A DNA stretch of 56,088 nucleotides from Dehalococcoidia bacterium (lineage in GTDB: Bacteria > Chloroflexota > Dehalococcoidia > UBA2979), in assembly GCA_029247135.1 (NCBI GenBank), contig JAQWLS010000072.1, positions 1 through 56,088 of the forward strand, in the 5' to 3' direction. Positions 1-9,813 of the stretch are shown piece after piece. The translations under genes were made by a program, and so were the position numbers. The notes below the pieces were generated by a model that saw only the letters and a list, made by a program, of their open reading frames with translations, did no database searches and was not told where the DNA came from. Every line of letters starts with the position of its first letter. Within the stretch, counting starts at the first letter, position 1.

Positions 1-2
1 CT

Positions 3-1055
3 AAGGGCATCGATGTTATACATAAAATCATCAAGGGATTTGATGCAGTGGTCATCAATTTTCGTCCTGGGGTTGCTGAGCGACTGGGGATAGGCTATAA
101 AGAGCTTTCGGCGATTAATCCTAGGCTTATTTATTGCTCGATAACGGGGTTTGGCCCTTCGGGCCCGTGGGCGAACGAGGCGGCAACTGATTATGTTGCT
201 ACTGCTTTTTCTGGTCTAGTGGCGGGTGACGGTAAAACTGATGATGATGGAGTTCCCGTAGGTATGGTTCCATCCGTGGCAGATTACCTAACTGGCCTGG
301 CAAGTGCTGGTGCAATTAGTGCAGCACTCTTTTCCCGTGATAAGACAGGCCTTGGTCAGAAGATTGATGCATCATTATTGAACTCGTCCTTGTCAATCCA
401 GGATGCCTTTGTTATGCGAGAACCTGCTAGCGACTCAGTTTATCGAGATCCAATGATGCAACGAGTTAAGGAATCTTTCGCTAAAGGAATTCCTTATAAG
501 GAAGTTTTAGCAGAGCGAGTGAAGTATCGTCAGCAGTCAGCAGGTCTTCCACGCCTTTATTACTGTGCATATCAGACTTCGGATGGCGCGATTATGCTCG
601 GATGCCTTACTCCAAAAACCCGTGACGCTGCGCGACTTGGACTGCAAATGACTCATGAGCTAACTGACGACGAGAGTTTTGATCCTGATGACCCTAAATA
701 TCAGACTCAAGTGGAAGTATGGAAGTCAGAAATTACTGACCGCGTTAAGCAACAGTCGACTGAGTATTGGTTAGGAGAGCTTAGAGCTGTCGGATGCCCT
801 GTGGCTCCAGTTCAGTTCCCAGAGGAATTAGCTGATCATGAGCAGGTTAGGGCGCTGGGTGTAATGGTTCCATTGGAGCATCCTATAACAGGCCCTCAGG
901 AAGTTGTTGGTCCGATAGTGCAATTTTCAAACACAGAAGCCAGAGTCCAAGGTCCCTCACCATTGATCGGCGAACATACTAACGAAGTATTGCTTGGCGG
1001 AGGATTTAGGGATGACGAGATAGCAGAACTTTCTGCTGCTGGGGTAATTAGGTAG
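3..1055 (+). CDS. Class III CoA-transferase (CaiB/BaiF family), 5'-truncated by window edge
   Basis: Frame open from position 3 (KGIDVIHKIIKGFDAVV); motifs NFRPGVAERLGIGY, LIYCSITGFG, catalytic-Asp region VADYLTG, C-terminal PLIGEHT. Confidence 0.9.
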   Translation, partial: KGIDVIHKIIKGFDAVVINFRPGVAERLGIGYKELSAINPRLIYCSITGFGPSGPWANEAATDYVATAFSGLVAGDGKTDDDGVPVGMVPSVADYLTGLASAGAISAALFSRDKTGLGQKIDASLLNSSLSIQDAFVMREPASDSVYRDPMMQRVKESFAKGIPYKEVLAERVKYRQQSAGLPRLYYCAYQTSDGAIMLGCLTPKTRDAARLGLQMTHELTDDESFDPDDPKYQTQVEVWKSEITDRVKQQSTEYWLGELRAVGCPVAPVQFPEELADHEQVRALGVMVPLEHPITGPQEVVGPIVQFSNTEARVQGPSPLIGEHTNEVLLGGGFRDDEIAELSAAGVIR

Positions 1056-1060
1056 ACGGG

Positions 1061-2119
1061 CTAGGAAGACCAGAGACCAACCTGGGGCGTCTCAGATGTT
1101 TTGACTACTTGTGGCGGAATCAGTCCGATGTGCTTATAGCCTGTGTCTGTGAGAATTCTGCCTCGAGGTGAACGAACAATGAGTCCTTCTTTCAATAAAA
1201 ACGGCTCGTAAACATCCATAATCGTATCTGCTTCTTCTGAGATTGCAGCTGCAAGCGTGTCGAGTCCGGCCGGACCGCCATTAAATCTATTAGCAAGAGT
1301 TTTTAATAATTCTCGATCCATTCGATCAAGACCAATCTCATCAATTTCTAGCCGCTCTAGTGCTTCATCAGCCGTTTTTTTATTGATTTTGCCGTCATAT
1401 TTCACTTGTGCATAATCTCTGACACGTCGTAACAGTCTGTTGGCAATTCTTGCAGTTCCTCTTGAGCGCGTAGCTATTTCTGATAAACCTTCCTTATCTA
1501 TCTGACAATTTAAAACCTCGGCAGATCGATTTAGGATCTGAATTAGTGCAGGAGGGTCATAGAATTCCAGTCGAAATGACGAACCAAATCGATCACGAAG
1601 TGGTTGAGATATTAATGAAAATCTGGTAGTCGCTCCAACAAGAGTGAATGGCGCAACTTTTAATCGCACATCTCGGGCTTTTGGACCCTTTCCAAGTATG
1701 ATATCCACCGAATAATCTTCCATCGCAGGGTAGAGTACTTCTTCCACGGCTAGTGACAGGCGATGTATTTCATCGATGAAGAGAATATCACCAGGTTGCA
1801 ATGAGGTTAGTAGAGCAGCAAGATCGCCGGCACGCTCTAGGGCAGGGCCCGAGGTTATACGAATAGATACATTCATTTCAGAAGCCAGAATCATCGCTAG
1901 GGTTGTTTTCCCTAGTCCCGGTGGACCATGAAACAAGACATGATCAAGAGATTCTGATCTTATCTTGGCGGCATCAATAGCTATTTTAAGATTCTCTTTA
2001 ACTCGATCTTGACCGAAGTAGCTAGGGAGTGTTTGGGGTCGTAGAGATTTCTCAGTTCCTAAATCATCATCATTAGCATCTGGGCTGATAGTGGTTTGTC
2101 TAGAGGTGTCAGAGTTAAT
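1061..2119 (-). CDS. ruvB: Holliday junction branch migration DNA helicase RuvB (probable ATT start at 2119)
   Basis: [48 protein letters not shown]. The conserved N-terminus [24 protein letters not shown] is in frame upstream of the ORF-track start (1936). Start position is inferred. Confidence 0.95.
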   Translation of the reverse strand: MNSDTSRQTTISPDANDDDLGTEKSLRPQTLPSYFGQDRVKENLKIAIDAAKIRSESLDHVLFHGPPGLGKTTLAMILASEMNVSIRITSGPALERAGDLAALLTSLQPGDILFIDEIHRLSLAVEEVLYPAMEDYSVDIILGKGPKARDVRLKVAPFTLVGATTRFSLISQPLRDRFGSSFRLEFYDPPALIQILNRSAEVLNCQIDKEGLSEIATRSRGTARIANRLLRRVRDYAQVKYDGKINKKTADEALERLEIDEIGLDRMDRELLKTLANRFNGGPAGLDTLAAAISEEADTIMDVYEPFLLKEGLIVRSPRGRILTDTGYKHIGLIPPQVVKTSETPQVGLWSS

Positions 2120-2164
2120 CGGAGTTTCCCTAATGTGGTGATCATGAAACTATCTCTGCGTCAA

Positions 2165-2173
2165 ATTTTAGCA
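2165..2173 (-). promoter_or_regulatory. Extended -10 promoter element (TG-C-TAAAAT) for ruvB
   Basis: Minus strand reads TGCTAAAAT about 45 nt upstream of the proposed ATT start. Confidence 0.45.
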
Positions 2174-2187
2174 CATTTGTTTTACTT

Positions 2188-2532
2188 TCATTTCCATCGA
2201 GGTAAATTTTTCAATTCTTTTTTTAGTGTCAGTTTCAATTTTCCAGTTGATTGGCCTCGTTGATATGCTAGATCCCCAACTGCAAGTGATACGAAATCAC
2301 TTAAGTCTTTGGCCTCGTGAACATATTTCCCGTTTACGTAGCAGGTAGAGCAATGATTTTCTGAACGCGATTTATCCTTTTCGCTGCCGTAATCATCGGG
2401 TCGTCGCATGTCAAATCCGCACGAGTCGCAACCAGCACGCGACCTCCCGTCTTGAAAGCTTTGCATGTATTCACGGCTACCGCCGCCACCTTTTCTTGAA
2501 ATCTTTGCGGCATCATCTGAGTTTTTAGCCAT
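2188..2532 (-). CDS. Putative zinc-ribbon protein (Zn_ribbon_2-like)
   Basis: CDSCGFDM...YGSEKD...HCSTCYVNGKY and C-terminal LPRWK fit the CxxC..CxxCY zinc-ribbon family; GGAG Shine-Dalgarno before ATG 2532. Confidence 0.7.
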   Translation of the reverse strand: MAKNSDDAAKISRKGGGGSREYMQSFQDGRSRAGCDSCGFDMRRPDDYGSEKDKSRSENHCSTCYVNGKYVHEAKDLSDFVSLAVGDLAYQRGQSTGKLKLTLKKELKNLPRWK

Positions 2533-2618
2533 AATCATCTCCAAAAAGTCTACTAACAAAATTTAGCATACTGCGACTATGCTAGAACGAGCGGGTGGTT
2601 GAGTATTTGGTGAAGTAA

Positions 2619-3488
2619 TTGAAAATTGCAAAATCCACGGAACCTATAGGAAAATTTGCAAGCATTGATGTAGGGATTATCGATTCTGGAGTTGGTGGCT
2701 TGTCGGTCGCACAGGAATTGAGGATGTTGGATCCAAATCTTAGGCTTGGATACATAGCTGACACCGCACTTTTCCCTTACGGCGATAAATCGGTCGAGAC
2801 GCTAATTCCACGAATGCGATATTTTGTATCTTTGTTTAATGAAATTGGGACACGGGTAGTAGTAATCGCTTGTAACACGGCGTCATCAGCAAGCTTGAGA
2901 GATCTAAGGCATTATTTTGATGATTCCGTACAAATAGTGGGTATGGAGCCTCCTCTTAAGCCTGCGGCGCAACATTCTATAAATCGCTCGGTTGCAGTTA
3001 TCGCCACCAGTGGAACAGTAACTGGAGATTTGCTTACTGAGCTTAAGGAACGTTTCGCGTCTGATATAGCAGCTCGACTTATTGCCGCGCCGGGACTCGC
3101 TGATTGCGTCGAACGAGGGCAATTAGCTGATGATGAGATTGATGCACTTATTGGACCTATTGTTCAGGAAGTTATTCGACATGATGTTGACAGCGTGGCA
3201 CTTGGATGCAGCCACTATAGCTTTTTGATGAGAAAAATTAGTGATCGATTCCCTGCAAATATAAAGTTTTTTGATGCAGCTCGACCGGTAGCCATGCGAG
3301 CAATACAGTTGTTTGGTGAAATTGACAGGGACGACAAGAATGCGCCTAAGCAACCTGGCCTAGTAAACGTATTTTTGACGGGGAGTGGAAGTTCATTCGA
3401 GCAAACATTAAGCAAACTAGAGGACGCAGGCTGTGTTCTGCCTGAGATAAGAATTCAACTAGATAAATTGAAGGTGCCAAATGTCTAA
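2619..3488 (+). CDS. murI: Glutamate racemase
   Basis: DSGVGGLSV, FPYGDKS, IACNTAS and LGCSHY (two catalytic Cys). Confidence 0.95.
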   Translation: MKIAKSTEPIGKFASIDVGIIDSGVGGLSVAQELRMLDPNLRLGYIADTALFPYGDKSVETLIPRMRYFVSLFNEIGTRVVVIACNTASSASLRDLRHYFDDSVQIVGMEPPLKPAAQHSINRSVAVIATSGTVTGDLLTELKERFASDIAARLIAAPGLADCVERGQLADDEIDALIGPIVQEVIRHDVDSVALGCSHYSFLMRKISDRFPANIKFFDAARPVAMRAIQLFGEIDRDDKNAPKQPGLVNVFLTGSGSSFEQTLSKLEDAGCVLPEIRIQLDKLKVPNV

Positions 3489-4338
3489 TTCTGATAATTT
3501 TTTTGAAAAGCAGCGTGCTGCATCGATCCAAAATAGATCGCGATTGTGTGTTGGGCTTGATCCTGACCCGCGGAGATTGCCTGACGGCGTAGATCTGAAA
3601 GATTTTCTTTTTTCTATTGTTGATGCGACCTCAGACCTAGTTGCAAGTTACAAGCCAAATGCTGCTTTTTTTGAAAGAGAAGGAGTGGCTGGATATAGAC
3701 TACTTCAAGAGTTAATTGAAATGATTCCTGAGCATATTCCTGTCATTTTAGATGCGAAGCGTGGTGACATCGGCCATACAGCTGCAGCATATGCAGAGGC
3801 AGTATTTGATTTTATGAAAGCAGATGCGATTACGGTTAATCCTTACCTCGGAACTGACTCTATTAAACCTTTTCTTGATCGCTCAGAAAAGGGTGTTTTT
3901 ATTTTATGTAAAACATCCAACGCGAGTGCTGGTGAGTTTCAGGATTTATTAGTTGGTGACGAAAATATACCGCTTTATCTCCGAGTTGCAGAGCTCGCAA
4001 ATGAGTGGAATGAACATTCAAACGTTGGGCTAGTGGTTGGAGCAACTTATCCAGACGAGGCTGCAAGAATAAGAGCGACAGCTCCGAATCTTCAATTTCT
4101 TGTCCCTGGTGTTGGTGCACAGGCAGGTGACCTTGCGGCTGTGATTGATGCGTCGATTGACGGCAATGGTGAAGGATTTGTTATAAACAGCTCTCGAGGC
4201 ATTTTGTATGCCTGGGAAACTGGTGAGGCTGGCGATCCTGGATGTGCACCTGGTGGTTGGCAAGACGCTGCACGAGAAGCTGCTAATCATGCGCGAATAG
4301 AGATTTTGAATGCTGTGGATTCTCGAAACAATGGGTAG
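3481..4338 (+). CDS. pyrF: Orotidine-5'-phosphate decarboxylase (type 2)
   Basis: LCVGLDP, KPNAAFFE, DAKRGDIGHT, TVNPYLG, GLVVGATYP, LVPGVGAQ, INSSRGI. Confidence 0.96.
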   Translation: MSNSDNFFEKQRAASIQNRSRLCVGLDPDPRRLPDGVDLKDFLFSIVDATSDLVASYKPNAAFFEREGVAGYRLLQELIEMIPEHIPVILDAKRGDIGHTAAAYAEAVFDFMKADAITVNPYLGTDSIKPFLDRSEKGVFILCKTSNASAGEFQDLLVGDENIPLYLRVAELANEWNEHSNVGLVVGATYPDEAARIRATAPNLQFLVPGVGAQAGDLAAVIDASIDGNGEGFVINSSRGILYAWETGEAGDPGCAPGGWQDAAREAANHARIEILNAVDSRNNG

Positions 4339-4429
4339 CCTCTTGCTTGCGAAAACACTAATAACTGATATGGCATATTCTTAAACCTGAAATATATTTT
4401 GATGAGCTAATCTTTGTACGGGGAATATT

Positions 4430-4996
4430 TTGGAAGATAAAGAAGTTTGGCTAGAACTGATTATAGATTCAGTGCGAGTAGGCTTGCGACAACAGCGCCC
4501 TGTTGTTGTTTTAAAGGAAAAAAATGGTGAGCGTTATTTAGCGATCTGGATCGGGTCTGATATGGCCCAGTCGATAACATTGGCCCTGCAGGAACAAGAG
4601 ACACCTAGGCCGATGACGCATGATTTGTTCCTGTCGACGGTCACTTCGATGCAGGGTGAAATTTCGGAAGCTCGAATAGTTGATCTGAAGGAAGATGTTT
4701 ACTTCGCCACTGTTCTTATTGAATCTCTTGATGCAGGCCGTGAGATCGTGTCACTGGATGCACGCGCATCTGATGCCCTCGCTCTTGCAATTAGAGCGAA
4801 GGCTCCCATCACGGCTTCAGAGGGTGTCATGGAACGTGCGTCGATAACTTTGCCTGCACATGTGGACTTAGACGATGACGATAGTGCTGAATCTATTAAT
4901 CCGGTAACCGACGAAGAATTAGCTAAACTTACTGCGTTCAGAGACCTCGTTGAGGGACTGAATCTCGATGATCTGGGTGATCTATCGGAATCTTAG
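4430..4996 (+). CDS. Bifunctional nuclease family protein (DUF151)
   Basis: PVVVLKE, LAIWIG, PRPMTHDL, LDARASDALALA; acidic C-terminal tail. Confidence 0.88.
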   Translation: MEDKEVWLELIIDSVRVGLRQQRPVVVLKEKNGERYLAIWIGSDMAQSITLALQEQETPRPMTHDLFLSTVTSMQGEISEARIVDLKEDVYFATVLIESLDAGREIVSLDARASDALALAIRAKAPITASEGVMERASITLPAHVDLDDDDSAESINPVTDEELAKLTAFRDLVEGLNLDDLGDLSES

Positions 4997-5103
4997 AATT
5001 GAAATCAACCAGAATAGGCTGATTTAATATACAGTTGTTGCACGCAGGTTTTGTTGGTGATAATTTCATCGCTGATGGAACTTGTCACGTAGAAAGTTAG
5101 ATC

Positions 5104-5352
5104 GTGAATAAGTCACCAGCCTTTAGGCTGATTGGAGTAGGAAGTTCACTCGCATTTTGGATAATTGGGTTTACTCTGGGTGGCCGTTGGCTAGATGGAC
5201 AGATAGACTCAGATCCGGTGCTGACGGTATTGGGGCTCGTGTTGGGACTCATTATTGGAATCACTGATGCGATTCGAAGGTTATTAGACGTTGTGCGTTA
5301 TCAAGAGCGCCGAAATCAGCGGAAAAATGAAGCTAAGCGGGAGGGTCAGTGA
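5104..5352 (+). CDS. AtpZ/AtpI-family ATP synthase accessory protein (ATPase gene 1)
   Basis: Two hydrophobic segments with GRWLD...P motif; first gene of the atp operon, overlapping the atpB start. Confidence 0.8.
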   Translation: MNKSPAFRLIGVGSSLAFWIIGFTLGGRWLDGQIDSDPVLTVLGLVLGLIIGITDAIRRLLDVVRYQERRNQRKNEAKREGQ

Positions 5353-6494
5353 AAGTTAAACCAGCTCTAATCGCTCTCGGTGTTATCGCATTTATGGTTT
5401 TGGGTTTTCTCTTTATAAAGACCCCATCGCCGGTGATCGTAGTAGCCCCTGAGAACATTTGGTTTACAGGTATTCCAATTCCCGAATCGCTGGGCACGGG
5501 TGGCGAATTTCGTATAACCAATACGATGTTTACGTCTTGGGTTGTTGTAGTCTTTTTAATAATTGTTGCATTCTTTGTTCGACGCGGTATCGCTCTAGTG
5601 CCTAGAGGATTTGCTGGTGTGGCCGAGGCCGCGGTCATGGGATTTTACGGATTTATTGAACAGGCGGCCGGTCCAGAAAATGCCAGGAAGTTTTTTCCTC
5701 TCGTCGCGACTATATTTTTCTTTGTTCTGGTTTCAAATTATTCTGGTTTATTACCCGTGTTCAATGTTATCGGGCGAGCGGTTGATGAGGATCATGCTGT
5801 TCATGCCAAAACAGTTACAGAACTGAAGCAGGCAGAAATTGCAGGCGTAGGGCTTTCGATTGTACCGCTAAAAGCTAACGATAAAAAACGAGTTGATTCT
5901 CATGGAGATGACCACAGTGAAGTGACTGGTGGCAGTTCGGTGAGTGTGAGTGCTAAGCCGGACACAGTTGTATCCGCGTCGCGTCTTTCAGGCGATGAAG
6001 GGGTGACTTACGGTGCTATCGAACCTGCCTTGCGGTCGGCAATGTCTGATATGAATGCCCCGTTAGCTATTGCAATATATTCGTTTATATTTGTGGAGAT
6101 ATGGGGTCTTCAGGCTCTTGGTATTTCGTATCTTAAGAAATTCTTTGCCTGGGATTTTTATAAAAAAGGTGGCTCAGGGGTAATTGATATTTTTGTCGGT
6201 ATTTTGGAGTTCGTAAGTGAATTGTCACGTATTGTGTCTTTTACTTTCCGCTTGTTTGGAAATATATTCGCCGGTGAAGTTTTGTTACTGATGATGACTT
6301 TTTTGATTCCATTTTTATTAACTGATGTCTTTTATTTACTTGAGTTGTTCGTCGGATTGGTTCAAGCATTTGTCTTCGCCATGCTTACTACAGTATTCGC
6401 TGCAACAGCAGTGACTGCTCATGGTGATCACGACGACGATCATGATGAAGAGCACGGAAGTCAGCCCCGTGTAGAACAGGCTTTGACTGTATAG
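5349..6494 (+). CDS. atpB: ATP synthase Fo subunit a (long form with insertion)
   Basis: SNYSGLLP, SFTFRLFGNIFAGE (essential Arg), LELFVGLVQAFVFAMLT; operon position. Confidence 0.95.
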   Translation: MKVKPALIALGVIAFMVLGFLFIKTPSPVIVVAPENIWFTGIPIPESLGTGGEFRITNTMFTSWVVVVFLIIVAFFVRRGIALVPRGFAGVAEAAVMGFYGFIEQAAGPENARKFFPLVATIFFFVLVSNYSGLLPVFNVIGRAVDEDHAVHAKTVTELKQAEIAGVGLSIVPLKANDKKRVDSHGDDHSEVTGGSSVSVSAKPDTVVSASRLSGDEGVTYGAIEPALRSAMSDMNAPLAIAIYSFIFVEIWGLQALGISYLKKFFAWDFYKKGGSGVIDIFVGILEFVSELSRIVSFTFRLFGNIFAGEVLLLMMTFLIPFLLTDVFYLLELFVGLVQAFVFAMLTTVFAATAVTAHGDHDDDHDEEHGSQPRVEQALTV

Positions 6495-6510
6495 GCTGCA
6501 TAAATAACTA

Positions 6511-6547
6511 ATTTACTAGTTGAACAACTTTTGTTTAACTGGTGAGT
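6511..6547 (+). other. 17-bp RNA hairpin between atpB and atpE
   Basis: ATTTACTAGTTGAACAA-CTT-TTGTTTAACTGGTGAGT pairs fully if 4 G-U wobbles are allowed (on + strand RNA only). Confidence 0.6.
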
Positions 6548-6602
6548 AAGCTGAATAAGGTAAGAAGATTGTCGGTTGCAGAAGTAGCTGACGCAACGGT
6601 AG

Positions 6603-6947
<345 letters not shown>

Positions 6948-7041
6948 GAATAAATCTATTGGTGAGCCGATAGTCAGGCTGCAGAGAATGCATATTTGAT
7001 TATTTGGCAGTGCTGATTTGTATGGGAAGGAGCCACGGAGA

Positions 7042-7662
7042 ATGACGGAAATCAAATTTGATTTTTTATCGTGGCGTCGGCGAGTTGTTATCGCCGCTGT
7101 CTTAGGCCTCTTTTTTGCTGTCACTCCTCTAGGCGTTTCGGCTGAGAGTGGCGGCATTGGAGCCTTGGGAATCAATGTTCCGGGGCTCGTCGCTCAACTA
7201 GTCAACTTCGGGGTTCTTTTAGTGGTGCTTCGTTTTTTGGCTTGGGGTCCAATTATGAAGATTGTGGACGAGCGTCGAGAGAAGATAGAGGCAGGGCTTA
7301 ATGCTTCTCAGGCTGCATCTGAATCTGCAGAAAAGAGCCAGGAAGAGGCACGAGCTGCGTTAGAGGAAGCACGAGCTGAGGGTAGACAGTTAATCACTCG
7401 AGCTCAGGAGACAGCTGCTCGGTTGAGTGAAGAACTCGAGACACAGGCACGAGCTGATGCTGAACAGATAGTGACGCGCGCGAGAAATGAAATTGAAACA
7501 GAACGGCAGCAGGCCATTAATTCTCTGCGAGCTGAATTTGCTGATTTGACAGTAAATGCGGCTGAGAGAGTGATTGGTCAGTCGCTTGATAAAAATGCTC
7601 ATCAGCGGTTAATAACTGAGTCTCTAATTGGTACTTCTTTTAGTGAATCTCAAGATGATTAA
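7042..7662 (+). CDS. atpF: ATP synthase Fo subunit b
   Basis: QLVNFGVLLVVLRFLAWGPI..ERREKI, followed by an Ala/Glu-rich coiled coil; SD GAAGGAG before ATG 7042 (track start is 7018). Confidence 0.93.
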   Translation: MTEIKFDFLSWRRRVVIAAVLGLFFAVTPLGVSAESGGIGALGINVPGLVAQLVNFGVLLVVLRFLAWGPIMKIVDERREKIEAGLNASQAASESAEKSQEEARAALEEARAEGRQLITRAQETAARLSEELETQARADAEQIVTRARNEIETERQQAINSLRAEFADLTVNAAERVIGQSLDKNAHQRLITESLIGTSFSESQDD

Positions 7663-7680
7663 TAAAGGCGGACATAAATA

Positions 7681-8220
7681 ATGTCAGGTACTCGAGACGT
7701 TGCAGGGAGAAGATATGCGGTAGCAGTTCTGGGAATTGCAAAGAGTTCTGGTGAGTTAGATAAGTGGCAAGAAGCCATTGAAAATTTAGATGTGCTCACT
7801 GGTAACCCCTCATATGTTGAAATTCTGCAGGGCGATGGTATGACAGACGATACTTTTCAAAATATTGTCCGAAAGGTAATGCCAGAGATTTCGTCTAACC
7901 AATTAAATTTATTTAGGCTACTTAGGCGCAAGAATCGGCTTGCACTTGGACCATCGATACAGTCCTTTTTTAAGGAACTGTTGGATGATGAACAGAACGT
8001 GGCACGAGCTACTGTCACGAGTGCTGTTCCGTTAGATGAATCGCAGACAGTCGAAATAGCTGAAAAATTATCTACTGCGATGGGTAAGAAAATAATTGTT
8101 GAAGCGAAGTTAGATTCGTCGATTATAGGCGGGCTTGTTATACGAGTTGGTGACCGATTAATTGATGCATCGACTCGAGGGCAATTGGGTTCGTTACGGA
8201 CTCATATTGCGAGATCTTAA
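7681..8220 (+). CDS. atpH: ATP synthase F1 subunit delta
   Basis: RRYAVA, VTSAVPL, DSSIIGGLVIRVGDRLIDAS. Confidence 0.95.
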   Translation: MSGTRDVAGRRYAVAVLGIAKSSGELDKWQEAIENLDVLTGNPSYVEILQGDGMTDDTFQNIVRKVMPEISSNQLNLFRLLRRKNRLALGPSIQSFFKELLDDEQNVARATVTSAVPLDESQTVEIAEKLSTAMGKKIIVEAKLDSSIIGGLVIRVGDRLIDASTRGQLGSLRTHIARS

Positions 8221-8246
8221 GACGAAGAAAAGAATGAGGTGAACTG

Positions 8247-9776
8247 ATGGCTGTTAGATCTGAAGAGATAGCATCAATACTAAGAGAGCAGATAGAGAAT
8301 TTTGACGCCAGCGTTTCTAGTGCCAATGTTGGCACTGTGATAGAAGCTGGTGATGGAATTGCTCGAATTCATGGTCTAGGCGACTGCGTAACATCAGAAC
8401 TTATCGAGTTCGATGTACAGGACAGCGCGGGGCAACCAATTCGTGGGTTGGCTTTGAACCTCGAAGAAGAGACGGTGGGTGCCGTTGTCATGGGAGATGC
8501 GTCCAACATCAAAGAAGGTGCCGAAGTACGAACTACAGGCCAAGTAGCATCTGTGCCTGTTGGTGAAGCGCTAATGGGCAGGGTAGTTAATGCTCTTGGT
8601 GACCCGGTTGATGAACGGGGCCCTTTGGCTACTCAGGAAACATACCCTATGGAGCGAATCGCTCCAGACGTTGTGTCTAGGGTTTCTGTGGACCAGCCTC
8701 TCCAGACTGGGATTAAGGCGATTGACGCCATGATTCCTCTTGGACGTGGTCAGCGCGAATTGATAATCGGAGACCGATCAATTGGAAAAACTGCAATTGC
8801 AATTGATTCAATTATTAACCAAAAAAACAGCGACGTAATATGCATTTATGTATCTATCGGTCAAAAAGAAGCCAAGGTAGCACAGACTGCCGCGATTCTT
8901 GAGGAGAATGGTGCCTTAGACCATACAATTATCGTCTCAGCTGGGGCCTCTGAATCAGCAGCACTTCAGTATCTTGCACCTTATGCCGGTGTTGCGATGT
9001 CTGAGTATTTCGTTGCTAAAGGTAGAGACGTCCTCATTATTTATGATGACTTATCGAAGCATGCTTGGGCCTATCGTGAGGTTTCACTTTTACTCCGTAG
9101 ACCCCCAGGTCGAGAGGCTTATCCTGGTGATATTTTTTATCTTCATTCACGTTTGCTGGAACGTTCAGCTAGAGTGACTGAAGATCACGGAGGAGGATCG
9201 AGTACCGCGCTTCCTATTATTGAAACGCAGGCAGGTGACGTTTCGGCCTATATTCCTACCAACGTAATTTCAATTACGGATGGTCAGATTTTCTTGGAGC
9301 AGGATCGCTTCAATTCTGGTCTGAGACCAGCTTGTAATCCTGGAATATCTGTTTCACGAGTTGGTGGTTCAGCTCTGACAAAAGCAATGAAAAAAGTTGC
9401 CGGTTCACTGCGATTAGATCTCTCTCAATACACCGAACTTCAGGCATTTGCGCAGTTTGGAACGGACGATCTTGATGACGCTACTAAACAGCAACTCGTA
9501 CGTGGTGAACGACTGACGGAGCTACTCAAACAACCACAATATCAGCCTCTTTCACTGGGGCAGCAGGTATCTATTTTGTACGCCGGAGTGTTTGGACATC
9601 TAGATGATGTTCCGTCCGATAAGATTGTTGAATTTGAGGCGGCTTTTCACGAATACATGGGAAGTGGGCATGGTGATCTAATTGCGAGCATCACGAGTTC
9701 TGGTGATTATGATGACAGTGATGAGGAATCTTTAAAACAGGCGATAACTGACTTTAAAGGTACGGTTGCTTACTAG
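8247..9776 (+). CDS. atpA: ATP synthase F1 subunit alpha
   Basis: [47 protein letters not shown]. Confidence 0.98.
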   Translation: MAVRSEEIASILREQIENFDASVSSANVGTVIEAGDGIARIHGLGDCVTSELIEFDVQDSAGQPIRGLALNLEEETVGAVVMGDASNIKEGAEVRTTGQVASVPVGEALMGRVVNALGDPVDERGPLATQETYPMERIAPDVVSRVSVDQPLQTGIKAIDAMIPLGRGQRELIIGDRSIGKTAIAIDSIINQKNSDVICIYVSIGQKEAKVAQTAAILEENGALDHTIIVSAGASESAALQYLAPYAGVAMSEYFVAKGRDVLIIYDDLSKHAWAYREVSLLLRRPPGREAYPGDIFYLHSRLLERSARVTEDHGGGSSTALPIIETQAGDVSAYIPTNVISITDGQIFLEQDRFNSGLRPACNPGISVSRVGGSALTKAMKKVAGSLRLDLSQYTELQAFAQFGTDDLDDATKQQLVRGERLTELLKQPQYQPLSLGQQVSILYAGVFGHLDDVPSDKIVEFEAAFHEYMGSGHGDLIASITSSGDYDDSDEESLKQAITDFKGTVAY

Positions 9777-9813
9777 TCTTGTAACAAATTAAAGACTGTA
9801 AAAGGAGACGTAA

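Noticed and set aside
1061-1936. ORF-track RuvB start at TTG 1936
   Set aside because: It would remove the conserved LRP..GQ N-terminus and the strand leading into Walker A; the frame continues upstream
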